DNA of 64,000 nucleotides, from assembly GCA_016180525.1 (NCBI GenBank), contig JACPBB010000002.1:225044-289043 (forward strand). Reading direction: 5' to 3'. Position numbers and translations under genes: made by a program. This stretch comes from Parcubacteria group bacterium. Lineage in GTDB: Bacteria > Patescibacteriota > Minisyncoccia > Phycocordibacterales > UBA2135. This document shows, piece after piece, positions 56,259 to 64,000 of the stretch. The notes under the pieces were generated by a model. The model had not been told where the DNA came from, did not search any database, and worked only from the letters and a program-made list of their open reading frames with translations. Position 1 is the stretch's first letter. Each line of letters opens with the position of its first letter.

Positions 56259-57899
56259 ATGAAAAAATCTCGTAAATATATATTCGTCATCGGAGGTGTA
56301 ATGTCGGGCGTTGGCAAGGGTATTGCCACCGCCTCTATTTCTAAAATATTGGAGGCGCGCGGGCTCTCTGTAAACGCCATCAAAGTTGACCCGTATTTAA
56401 ACGTTGACGCCGGCACTATGAATCCAACCGAGCACGGAGAGGTGTTTGTTTTAAAAAGCGGGCTTGAGTGTGATCAGGATATGGGCAACTACGAGCGTTT
56501 TTTGGGGAAAGATTTAAAGGATGATTTTTATGTCACGAGCGGCATGGTGTACAAAAGTGTCATAGACAGAGAGCGGAGTCTCGGATATAAGGGAAAGTGC
56601 GTTGAGGCCATACCGCATGTTCGGGATGAGATAACTCGTCGGTTCAAGCGTGGCGTTGATTTAAACAACGCGGATGTTGCCGTGATTGAAATCGGTGGCA
56701 CCGTTGGCGATTACCAAAACGTCATGTTTATTGAAGCCGCGCGCGTGCTCAAAGTTGAAAATCCTAATGATGTGCTTTTCGTGCTCGTAACATACCTTCC
56801 GATACCTAAAATGATAGGAGAAATGAAAACGCGTCCGACGCAAAACGCCGTGCGCCAGCTTAACTCATATGGCGTTCAGCCCGATGTGATCATCGCGCGA
56901 AGCGAAGCGCCGCTTGATAAACGGAGAAAAGAGAAGATTGCCGTTTCCTGCAATGTCCTCTCCGAATATGTTATCTCCGCGCCTGATGTAGAGAGTGTGT
57001 ATGATGTGCCGATTAATTTTGAAAAAGATAAAATCGGAGAGATGCTATTGCGGAAATTACAACTCAAAATATCTCGGCGGAAGAGCGACATGGGAGGCTG
57101 GAAGCGTTTTGTTTCTAAAGTAAAGGGCGCGAGAAAGAGCGTGAAGATCGCGCTTATCGGCAAATATTTTGATACGGGAGATTTTGTGCTCTCCGACTCC
57201 TACATTTCCGTTATAGAGGCACTTAAAATATCGGCATATACGCAAGGGAGAAAGCCGGAGCTCACATGGCTCTCCGCCGAGGAATTTGAGAAAAATTCCC
57301 GCGCGCTCCGGAAATTGGATTCATTTGACGGCATCGTGGTGCCGGGAGGGTTTGGTAGCCGCGGCATTCTCGGGAAAATAAAGGTTATTGAATACGTGCG
57401 TAAGAAAAAAATTCCGTATCTCGGGCTTTGCTACGGCATGCAGCTTGCGGTGGTTGAGTTTGCCCGTAATGTTGCCAAATTAAAACGGGCGCATACGACT
57501 GAGATTTTGTCGCAGACCCCGCATCCGGTGATTGACATCATGCCTGAACAGAAAAAGATTGTCGCCGATGAGAATTACGGTGGCACAATGCGGCTTGGCG
57601 AATACGTAGCGCTTCTTAAAAAGGGAACGATTGCACGGAATGCCTATGGCAAAGAAACCGCGCATGAGCGGCACCGGCATCGCTTTGAAGTAAACCCAAA
57701 CTATATTAAACGGCTGGAGAAAGCGGGAATTGTGTTTTCTGGCGCCTCACCTGACGGAAAACTTATGGAAATAGTGGAGCTTCCTAAAAAAGTACATCCA
57801 TTTTTCCTCGGCACGCAGTTTCACCCCGAGTTTCAGGCGCGACCACTCTCTCCGCATCCGCTTTTTACGGAGTTTATAAAAGCGGCAATCAAAAAGTAA
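56259..57899 (+). CDS. pyrG: CTP synthase
   Basis: N-terminal synthetase domain GGVMSGVGKG. C-terminal glutamine amidotransferase with GLCYGMQ and H/E. 546 aa. Confidence 0.9.
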   Translation: MKKSRKYIFVIGGVMSGVGKGIATASISKILEARGLSVNAIKVDPYLNVDAGTMNPTEHGEVFVLKSGLECDQDMGNYERFLGKDLKDDFYVTSGMVYKSVIDRERSLGYKGKCVEAIPHVRDEITRRFKRGVDLNNADVAVIEIGGTVGDYQNVMFIEAARVLKVENPNDVLFVLVTYLPIPKMIGEMKTRPTQNAVRQLNSYGVQPDVIIARSEAPLDKRRKEKIAVSCNVLSEYVISAPDVESVYDVPINFEKDKIGEMLLRKLQLKISRRKSDMGGWKRFVSKVKGARKSVKIALIGKYFDTGDFVLSDSYISVIEALKISAYTQGRKPELTWLSAEEFEKNSRALRKLDSFDGIVVPGGFGSRGILGKIKVIEYVRKKKIPYLGLCYGMQLAVVEFARNVAKLKRAHTTEILSQTPHPVIDIMPEQKKIVADENYGGTMRLGEYVALLKKGTIARNAYGKETAHERHRHRFEVNPNYIKRLEKAGIVFSGASPDGKLMEIVELPKKVHPFFLGTQFHPEFQARPLSPHPLFTEFIKAAIKK

Positions 57900-57923
57900 G
57901 AAAAGACCATTATCGTATCTCAT

Positions 57924-57967
57924 TACAGACATCCTAATATTCTGGAGAATATTAGGATGTCTGTAAA
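57924..57967. promoter_or_regulatory. 20-bp-arm palindrome TTACAGACATCCTAATATTC-TGGA-GAATATTAGGATGTCTGTAA. Copy 2 of the conserved palindrome.
   Basis: Its core is identical to 22096-22115. It lies between pyrG and the TfoX-like gene, with no T-tract on the plus side. Confidence 0.6.
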
Positions 57968-57972
57968 AAGCG

Positions 57973-58323
57973 ATGTCTTCAAATTCCGAATATCACGACT
58001 ATATTGTGCACGATGTACTCGGAGGCATTCCGGGCATCACGTCGCGCAAAATGTTTTCCGGCTTTGGAATATACAAAGACGGGATTGTGTTTGCCATCAT
58101 TGCCGATGGCGATTTGTATTTCAGGACCGACGATAAGAATCGTCCTGATTTTGAAAAATATGGAAGCGAGCCGTTTTCATATCCGCGCGCGGGGAAAACC
58201 GCGACATTAAAAAATTACTGGCGCCTGCCGGAGGAAATAATGGAAGACAAAGAAAAAATTTTTGATTGGGTAGAGGAGGCTGTGCGCGCAAGTGTTGAGC
58301 GGCAAAAGAAAAAGACCTCATAG
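57973..58323 (+). CDS. TfoX/Sxy N-terminal-domain-like protein
   Basis: KMFSGFGIYKDGIVFAIIADGDLYFRTDD resembles the TfoX_N signature. 116 aa. Confidence 0.5.
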   Translation: MSSNSEYHDYIVHDVLGGIPGITSRKMFSGFGIYKDGIVFAIIADGDLYFRTDDKNRPDFEKYGSEPFSYPRAGKTATLKNYWRLPEEIMEDKEKIFDWVEEAVRASVERQKKKTS

Positions 58324-58414
58324 AAAAGAGGTTTTTTATTTGACAATTATTGTGCAAATTGCTCTACTCTATATTAGATTGTTTGCTTAGCAATATGTAC
58401 AGAGGAGGTCTGTA

Positions 58415-59326
58415 GTGGCAAAAAGTCCGCTCGTTTCATTTACAGAGTTTCTTGCGCTCGTGAAGTCGGGATCTATCGGGGAGACAGTTCTTGTGCCCGC
58501 GGTGCCGCTTTTCTATGAGATAGGAACTGATAAGTTTTGGGAAATAGAGATTGATGATGACCCGCTTGTTGCCGTTAATAAGGCCGGTAGAAAATATTTT
58601 CAGGAGTCTAGCCTAGACTGGCGCTGGCCGGCAGGAGGGCTTGCGATTATCCTTGCGCTCAAAGACAACCAAAATGTTCTCATTGCGCTTCACAGAGACG
58701 CAGGGGCTCCATCTAACCCGGATTGCGATACGATTGCGGCAGGACTCGGTTCGTCTGTTGAAGATATGTGTTATCCGCTTCGTCTTGCGTTTCGCGAAGG
58801 AATGGAAGAAGTTCTTGTAAAAACTCCGCACGGAGTTTTATATCCGCACCTGCAAGATGATCCGTTTGGACACTCGCTTGCGCTTAAAAATATTGTTGAA
58901 AGTACCGCAAGGGCAATTTTTAATTTATCAGTTTCTAACTTTATACCAGGGGAAGCATTTATCCTTGAGACGCCCGCGGAAGAGGATGTTCGGGTAAAGT
59001 GGCGCGGTGTATCATATCTCTCCCGAGGAATTGTTCTCTTAGATCCAAAAACGCACGGAATAGATGTAATCAAGGTGCTTATCATGCACGCTCCATGCAC
59101 ACTTGATGAACTTACTGTCTGTGACGGCGAGTGTATTGACGGCGTGCCAATTCATCGAAGCGTGTATGCGTACGAACTTGATGAGGATCATTGCCCCACG
59201 GGGAAAATCATAGCCGGATGGAAGGCTGGCGCGCGACTTTCTGCCTCTCAAATACCCGCCACCCAGAAACAAACTCCAACATTAGAAAAAGCTCTTTGGG
59301 CGCTCGGACTTTATAGACCAGCGTAG
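58415..59326 (+). CDS. Hypothetical protein (303 aa), GC-elevated
   Basis: ORF with moderately higher GC than the flanks. No recognised motif. Confidence 0.3.
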   Translation: MAKSPLVSFTEFLALVKSGSIGETVLVPAVPLFYEIGTDKFWEIEIDDDPLVAVNKAGRKYFQESSLDWRWPAGGLAIILALKDNQNVLIALHRDAGAPSNPDCDTIAAGLGSSVEDMCYPLRLAFREGMEEVLVKTPHGVLYPHLQDDPFGHSLALKNIVESTARAIFNLSVSNFIPGEAFILETPAEEDVRVKWRGVSYLSRGIVLLDPKTHGIDVIKVLIMHAPCTLDELTVCDGECIDGVPIHRSVYAYELDEDHCPTGKIIAGWKAGARLSASQIPATQKQTPTLEKALWALGLYRPA

Positions 59327-59469
59327 TGAGAAAATCGTACAGTGCGAATGGTTCAACCCGTTCGCATTTTTATTAGGCCACAGGGCCACTTTTGCTTGAC
59401 AGGATATCTATATCATGCTAGAAATGGCACAGAATAACGCATAGCAACTTTGGCGAAGGAGTTCTGCAC

Positions 59470-59886
59470 ATGCAGACCGTGAAAACAGTTACAGTGCAAC
59501 AGCGAGGCACATACAGCATTTATTACTCTCACGGAGACGACAGTCCGGATTTGTTTGCGCTTGATTGGGCGTTTACGCCAACCGACGGCATATCTAAAAA
59601 CGATGGCAAGCCCGCCGAGCACAAATGGTTTTCGTCGGTGAAAGAGGGACAGCGCTGGTGGCCACACAATGAAACAGATGAAAAAATGCATGAGGTGCTT
59701 CTCGAACATTTCGGTCTTGCCGAGTGGAAAGAACAGTATCCGCTTAAGGAGATGAAGTTGATGTCCCCGCGGATGCTTGCTCGTGAGCGATTGGAAAAAG
59801 AGAGAAAGAATCCAAGGTTAGAGAAGCATAAAATGAAAAGCGATACTGCTGGATTTCCGATTCTCGCCAAAGAGTACCGCGACTAA
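59470..59886 (+). CDS. Hypothetical protein (138 aa)
   Basis: ORF. A short hairpin (GCGCACACACGTGCGC) ending in a T-run follows at about 59901-59924. Confidence 0.3.
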   Translation: MQTVKTVTVQQRGTYSIYYSHGDDSPDLFALDWAFTPTDGISKNDGKPAEHKWFSSVKEGQRWWPHNETDEKMHEVLLEHFGLAEWKEQYPLKEMKLMSPRMLARERLEKERKNPRLEKHKMKSDTAGFPILAKEYRD

Positions 59887-59950
59887 GATTTAGAAATTAA
59901 GCGCACACACGTGCGCTTTTTTTAACACGAGTTCTTTTGCTCTACTCAAA

Positions 59951-60083
59951 ACTGCCGGGCTTGGAATCTCACTGCTCAGCCGATGGCCATCGGCTTGCGC
60001 TCACGAACTCAGCGGTTCGTGGGCTCCGCCGCGGGGAAACTCCCGTTTCCCCGACCCCCTTCACGTTCTCGTCCAGCCCGGCA
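59951..60083 (-). repeat. Structured element B: tRNA-Gln-like acceptor/T-stem minihelix closing a roughly 105-nt multi-hairpin core homologous to element A
   Basis: Termini CTGCCGGGCTTGG ... CCAGCCCGGCAG match the ends of tRNA-Gln at 62342-62412. Core CTCACTGCTCAGCCGATGGCCATCGGCTTGCG-CACGAACTCAGCGGTTCGTG-GGGGAAACTCCCGTTTCCCC-GACCCCC. Confidence 0.6.
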
Positions 60084-60208
60084 GTTTTTCACTGCGTTCA
60101 AAACTGGCCGTCTTGAGTTAGAACTATTGACGGTTAAGTCCCGCTTACTCGGTTTAATTTTCTTTTCGCTTATCAAAACGACGTGTCTCGTGCGAGTTAA
60201 AGAACGTG

Positions 60209-60574
60209 TTACTTAAGCCACTTTGGTTTTAGCTCATCAACATCGTGCGCGTCGAGGTATTCTGAAGCATCTCTTTTCCTTTTTAGCCCCAAGTGATCCA
60301 ATTGTTCTGCTTTTTCAGCAATTTCTCCAGCTTCGTCACGCTGTACAAACCTGCCCGTACTTGTCATAAAACCATCTTCGGGTTTCGTATCATAATCGGA
60401 CCAATCAGGACGTTCCTCCTCCATAGCAATAACGGCATCCATATGAGTGTTGCCTGTAAATATCTGCCCACCTAACCTAATTGCAGAGGCAGTGATTTTT
60501 TCTATTTTGGGAGTGAATTTTTCTAGGCCACCTTCCATAAATATAGTATAGCCCTTAACCTTAGATAAATTCAA
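60209..60574 (-). CDS. Hypothetical acidic protein (121 aa)
   Basis: ORF only. Confidence 0.3.
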   Translation of the reverse strand: MNLSKVKGYTIFMEGGLEKFTPKIEKITASAIRLGGQIFTGNTHMDAVIAMEEERPDWSDYDTKPEDGFMTSTGRFVQRDEAGEIAEKAEQLDHLGLKRKRDASEYLDAHDVDELKPKWLK

Positions 60575-60694
60575 ATAAACGCACCTCGTGCGCGATTACC
60601 TGTCACGAGTTGGTTGCCGGGCTTGGTATCCTTCGCTACCCCCCTTCGCCAAGGCTTCGGAGGTCAAGAAAGCTTCGGAATACCTCTTTTGCGC

Positions 60695-60877
60695 TTAGTC
60701 ATCTTTCTTCAAGGCTTCAGTGTTCAATAGTCTTTTATACGCAAAAGCCTTTCCAGAACCTGATTTTAAATATCGCTCAAAATCTTTGGCAAGTTTCTGT
60801 CTTTTCCGCAAATCTTCTGTATAACCATAATAAAAATTCTTAGATTTTGAGCTCCATAAAATGTAGACATAATGCAT
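60695..60877 (-). CDS. GIY-YIG domain protein (60 aa, minimal domain) flanked by 12-bp inverted repeats
   Basis: MHYVYILWSSKSKNFYYGYTEDLRKRQ. CGCCAAGGCTTC at 60647-60658 and its reverse complement GAAGCCTTGGCG at 60895-60906. Confidence 0.55.
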   Translation of the reverse strand: MHYVYILWSSKSKNFYYGYTEDLRKRQKLAKDFERYLKSGSGKAFAYKRLLNTEALKKDD

Positions 60878-61012
60878 AGCTTTAGTCGTTCTGAAGCCTT
60901 GGCGAAAGACGACTGACTACCTCAGTTTAGAACCCCACACCTTGAGACCTTGTAAGGATTCTTTGGGTACTTCCAGTGTAGCAAATTGAGGCATCTCAAT
61001 CAGACCTGTTTT

Positions 61013-62299
61013 TTATCGCTTATGGTATTCCCAAACTTTGTAGACCCGAGTCAAAAAACCTATATTCCCAACAGACTCTTTGAATTCCTTATCTAATGTC
61101 GCAGTTCCATCAGGTTTTCGATTTATTCCCATAAAATGCATCTCTGTTCTTTCCGGCGATGCGGCCAATATCATTACTTGTTCTTTTTTATTTTTTTGAA
61201 GCCGAGGAGGCACTAAATCTTCACCTTCTTTCGGCAGCTCACCCAACCACATCTCACCGACTATTAACACAGCTGCGCAGTGCGTTTCTTCTACTTTCTC
61301 AGCAATACGCTCAGCCATTAAATAACGGTCTTCTGGTTTATCCATCTGTATGCGGATTATTTCAGGGTGTCGATCGGGAAAATATAAAAATGCGACAGGG
61401 TCCACATAACCATCAATACTAAACAAATGTTTGGCTGTCTCAATGTGGTACCTTACTTGACTGAAAGGGAGATCTTTTCCTCCCGTATTCATCAGAGCCA
61501 TTATTTCTTTTGGTACGCCATAACGTTTCTTGGCACGTTCGTAGTGTGTTTCATCGCTACCAGATATTTTGTCAAAAAGAGAAACTGATCTTTCTTTGGG
61601 AGTAAGAATTGTATTTTGACTATAATGAACTTTAAGGATGCGTCCCTTTTTCACGTCGTTCCGAATGGTAATCATGAAATCCTGACCTGGTTTTACAAAA
61701 GTATTATGATCACAAACCATGGGATTTACACTGCATACCACATGAGCGTCATAAACTATCTTTGTGAGGATGGAGAGACAATAAATCAAGACATCAGTTA
61801 TTTCGGCTTTCGGGAAACTCTCTACAACCCATTTGCGCTCTGCTTCGATAATTGTCTCGTCTTTGTAATGCTTAGGTAACTTTAGTTTTACTACTTTTTT
61901 GAAGTTTACTACCGCTTCTTCTAGAGAAACATATGGGTTAAGTACCGCTGCAAAAAGAACTTGGTCTAAATGATTTTTTATCCTCAATGTGAGATGACTT
62001 TCCTTTTCTAGGTCCCCTCTCTTAACTACATAGTTACGGGCATCTACGAGCCAGCGTAAAATTTTGTCTGTTTTCATTTTCGCTTGGTATGGCGCGTACC
62101 AATTATCAAAATCTGGAATTTTTGACTTCTCTGACTGAAGAATAAAAGTTATGTTGCGTAGGGCTTGTACCAAGTCGTTGAGTGCCGTTGTGAACTCCTC
62201 TGGTTTCTGATATTGGATCCCTATTTCTTCAAACATTGAAAAGGCCTGATTCAGGCGTCTATGAGTCTGTGGGAGTGAACAAACGGATTTACTACTCAT
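61013..62299 (-). CDS. Hypothetical protein (428 aa), no recognisable domain; sits between a GIY-YIG element and tRNA-Gln
   Basis: Long clean ORF; the tRNA-Gln gene lies 43 nt upstream on the same strand. Confidence 0.4.
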   Translation of the reverse strand: MSSKSVCSLPQTHRRLNQAFSMFEEIGIQYQKPEEFTTALNDLVQALRNITFILQSEKSKIPDFDNWYAPYQAKMKTDKILRWLVDARNYVVKRGDLEKESHLTLRIKNHLDQVLFAAVLNPYVSLEEAVVNFKKVVKLKLPKHYKDETIIEAERKWVVESFPKAEITDVLIYCLSILTKIVYDAHVVCSVNPMVCDHNTFVKPGQDFMITIRNDVKKGRILKVHYSQNTILTPKERSVSLFDKISGSDETHYERAKKRYGVPKEIMALMNTGGKDLPFSQVRYHIETAKHLFSIDGYVDPVAFLYFPDRHPEIIRIQMDKPEDRYLMAERIAEKVEETHCAAVLIVGEMWLGELPKEGEDLVPPRLQKNKKEQVMILAASPERTEMHFMGINRKPDGTATLDKEFKESVGNIGFLTRVYKVWEYHKR

Positions 62300-62341
62300 A
62301 TGAAATTTGTGAGATTACTGGCATCTCAGTCACCTGACTTA

Positions 62342-62412
62342 GCATAAGCTTCCTGCCGGGCTTGGACTCGAACCAAGATAAATAGATCCAGAGTCTATTG
62401 TCCTACCGTTAG
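62342..62412 (-). tRNA. tRNA-Gln (anticodon CUG)
   Basis: TGCCGGG-TC-GTCTAACGGTAGGAC-A-ATAGA-CTCTGGA-TCTAT-TTAT-CTTGGTTCGAGTCCAAG-CCCGGCA-G. Confidence 0.75.
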
Positions 62413-63052
62413 ACGACCCGGCAATGTTATTAATCTATACTAAAATCAAGCTTGTTTCAATAATGAGAGAATAGCAATATTTAATGTGTTAAAATAAACT
62501 CATAGAAACAATACAATCAGAAAAATGGCCGCGGTTTGTAGAAATGGTGGGGAAATGGTGTCACTCCTTCGTCCTCCTACGCTGAAGCTTTGGAAGGACT
62601 ACGGACGGGCAAGCAGGTACCTTTTTCTGTAAAAAATAGATTTAAACCCCCACACCTATCGAGTAATTCTTAACGTGCGCTACGGCGCTATTGCTCGATA
62701 GGTGTGGGGGTAAACATTTCGCCGTAGCTCTAAATTCCGCAACACAACATCCTTACATTCTCCCCAAGTAGTAGAGCAAAGCTCACTACGGGGCAGGCAA
62801 GTATGTAAGGATGTTGTTTGAGGGGGTTGTGGTTTGGGGGAGGAGGGGCGGGCGGGGTTTTGCGCTTGAACTTGAAATAGAACGTTTTTGCGCGCCCACG
62901 CAAAGGCAAAAAATTGACTTTTGCGCTTCAGGGTGTGATTATGGGGAAATAATATGTCTAAAACCAATTTAATGAAGTAAATATGCAAAAACTTTTTGCA
63001 AATTACATTCAATCTGTCTCCACTAAATTTTCTCACAAGGAGACAAGCGAAA

Positions 63053-64000
63053 TGGGCTACCGCACCGATTTTGAGAGTTTACTCAAGGGAATTTTTGAAT
63101 CCATAAATGTAAAACGAATTGACCACGACGCTCGCGCAAAACAAGGGAATAAGCCAGATTTTGTTCTTTATAATCATGAAATACCAATTTTATATATTGA
63201 AGCAAAAGATATTGGTGTTTCTCTAGATAAGGTTGAAAAGTCGGAGCAGATGGCGAGATACTACGGCTACACAAATTTGGTCCTTACGGATTATGTAGAA
63301 TTTCGTTTTTATAGAAACGGTGAACCATATGAAGAGCCAATAAAAATAGCAAATTATGATTTAAAAAACAGAACGATTACACCAATTTCGGAAAATTATG
63401 AACATGCCACCAAAACACTTTTAGATTTTACGCAATCGCAAAAGGAGCCGATAACATCTGGACAGCACCTTGCAAAAATTATGGGAGGAAGAGCGCAGAG
63501 AATCAGAGATAATGTGAAACAGCTTCTTGCGGCGGAATCGGGCAAAGATGCTGAAATTAATCGTGTGTATGAAGCGGTTAAAAAATTTCTTGTTCATGAC
63601 CTTACGCTAGATACTTTTGCTGATATGTATGCGCAAACACTCGTGTACGGACTTTTTGTGGCTCGCTTTCATGATGAAACGCAAAAAGATTTTTCTCGCC
63701 AAGAAGCGCGCGATCTTGTTCCTGCGTCTAACCCATTTCTCGGACATTTCTTTGACCACATTGCAGGCCGTAATTTTGAGAAACGACTTGGGTATATTGT
63801 AGATGAACTGTGCGAAATTTTTTCTCACGCAAACGTTAAAGAGCTAATGAAACAATACTTTAAAGATGATCTGTGGGGGCAAAAGCACGAAGGACCTGAC
63901 CCGGTTATTCATTTTTATGAAGATTTTTTGAAAGAATATGACGCAGACCTCCGCAAAAACAGGGGGGCATATTATACACCCCTACCCGTTGTGCGGTTTA
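63053..64000 (+). CDS. 5' part of a type IIG (MmeI/Eco57I-like) restriction-modification enzyme: N-terminal PD-ExK endonuclease motif plus gamma-class N6-adenine methyltransferase; runs off the window
   Basis: Not in the ORF track (no in-window stop). Hand translation from ATG 63053 is open to position 64000. PDFVLYNHEIPILYIEAKD (PD...E-x-K). Methyltransferase motif I DPVIHFYEDFL and GAYYTP at the last codons. Confidence 0.65.

Noticed and set aside
59951-60083. Hammerhead-type self-cleaving ribozyme in elements A and B (because of GGGGAAAC and CUGAG-like segments)
   Set aside because: The CUGANGA and GAAA core spacing is not satisfied on either strand.
62680-63036. 118-aa ORF on the minus strand
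   Set aside because: Pro/Ser low-complexity translation of a G-tract and inverted-repeat region, with no start context. Judged non-coding.

Overview
Window content. This is a low-GC (about 40%), gene-dense bacterial segment. Its gene content resembles a reduced-genome Patescibacteria/CPR-like organism: a type IV pilus locus without a secretin, many small hypothetical proteins, and comFC plus a TfoX-like gene. That placement is inference only.

Housekeeping genes called with good support: smpB, an M3B oligoendopeptidase (pepF), ftsH, recG, ligA, tryptophanase, gatCA, a short frameshift-free prfB, ftsEX and pyrG.

Type IV pilus block (31.6-43.0 kb): pilM-pilN-pilO-pilB-pilT-pilC, the major pilin, pilD, and four tandem pilin-like genes. 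Two of these carry conserved 32-aa leaders.

Signalling locus (15.4-21.4 kb): a sensor histidine kinase, two orphan receiver proteins, and three secreted proteins sharing a His-rich cupredoxin-like C-terminal domain.

RNA genes: eight tRNAs. They are Ile(UAU), Ser(GCU), initiator Met, Met, Asp, Thr(GGU), Thr(CGU) and Gln(CUG).

The window ends inside a long ORF that is absent from the supplied track because it has no in-window stop. It reads as a type IIG restriction-modification enzyme, with an N-terminal PD-ExK motif and a GAYYTP methyltransferase motif.

Most unusual features, in order of interest:
1. A family of about 130-nt structured elements whose ends imitate the acceptor and T-stems of neighbouring tRNA genes. 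Their internal helices show compensatory base changes.
2. Three stand-alone GIY-YIG nuclease ORFs in mobile-looking contexts. One sits between an intact tRNA-Ser and a degenerate duplicate of that tRNA's 5' third.
3. An intact tRNA-Ile(UAU) nested between the two halves of a split paralogous tRNA pseudogene.
4. A high-GC single-gene insertion bracketed by about 135-bp direct repeats. The repeat also precedes the neighbouring CYTH gene.
5. A roughly 75-nt imperfect-hairpin element found six times, each copy ending a few nucleotides before a start codon, including inside the pil and ftsEX operons.
6. Two copies of the 20-bp palindrome CTAATATTCTGGAGAATATTAG.
7. A run of six strong GC-rich hairpins between comFC and pilM.
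8. A heptanucleotide repeat inside pilD.
9. An accessory island (57.9-64 kb) of unknown genes next to tRNA-Gln and the restriction-modification gene.

No CRISPR array, rRNA or transposase was seen.
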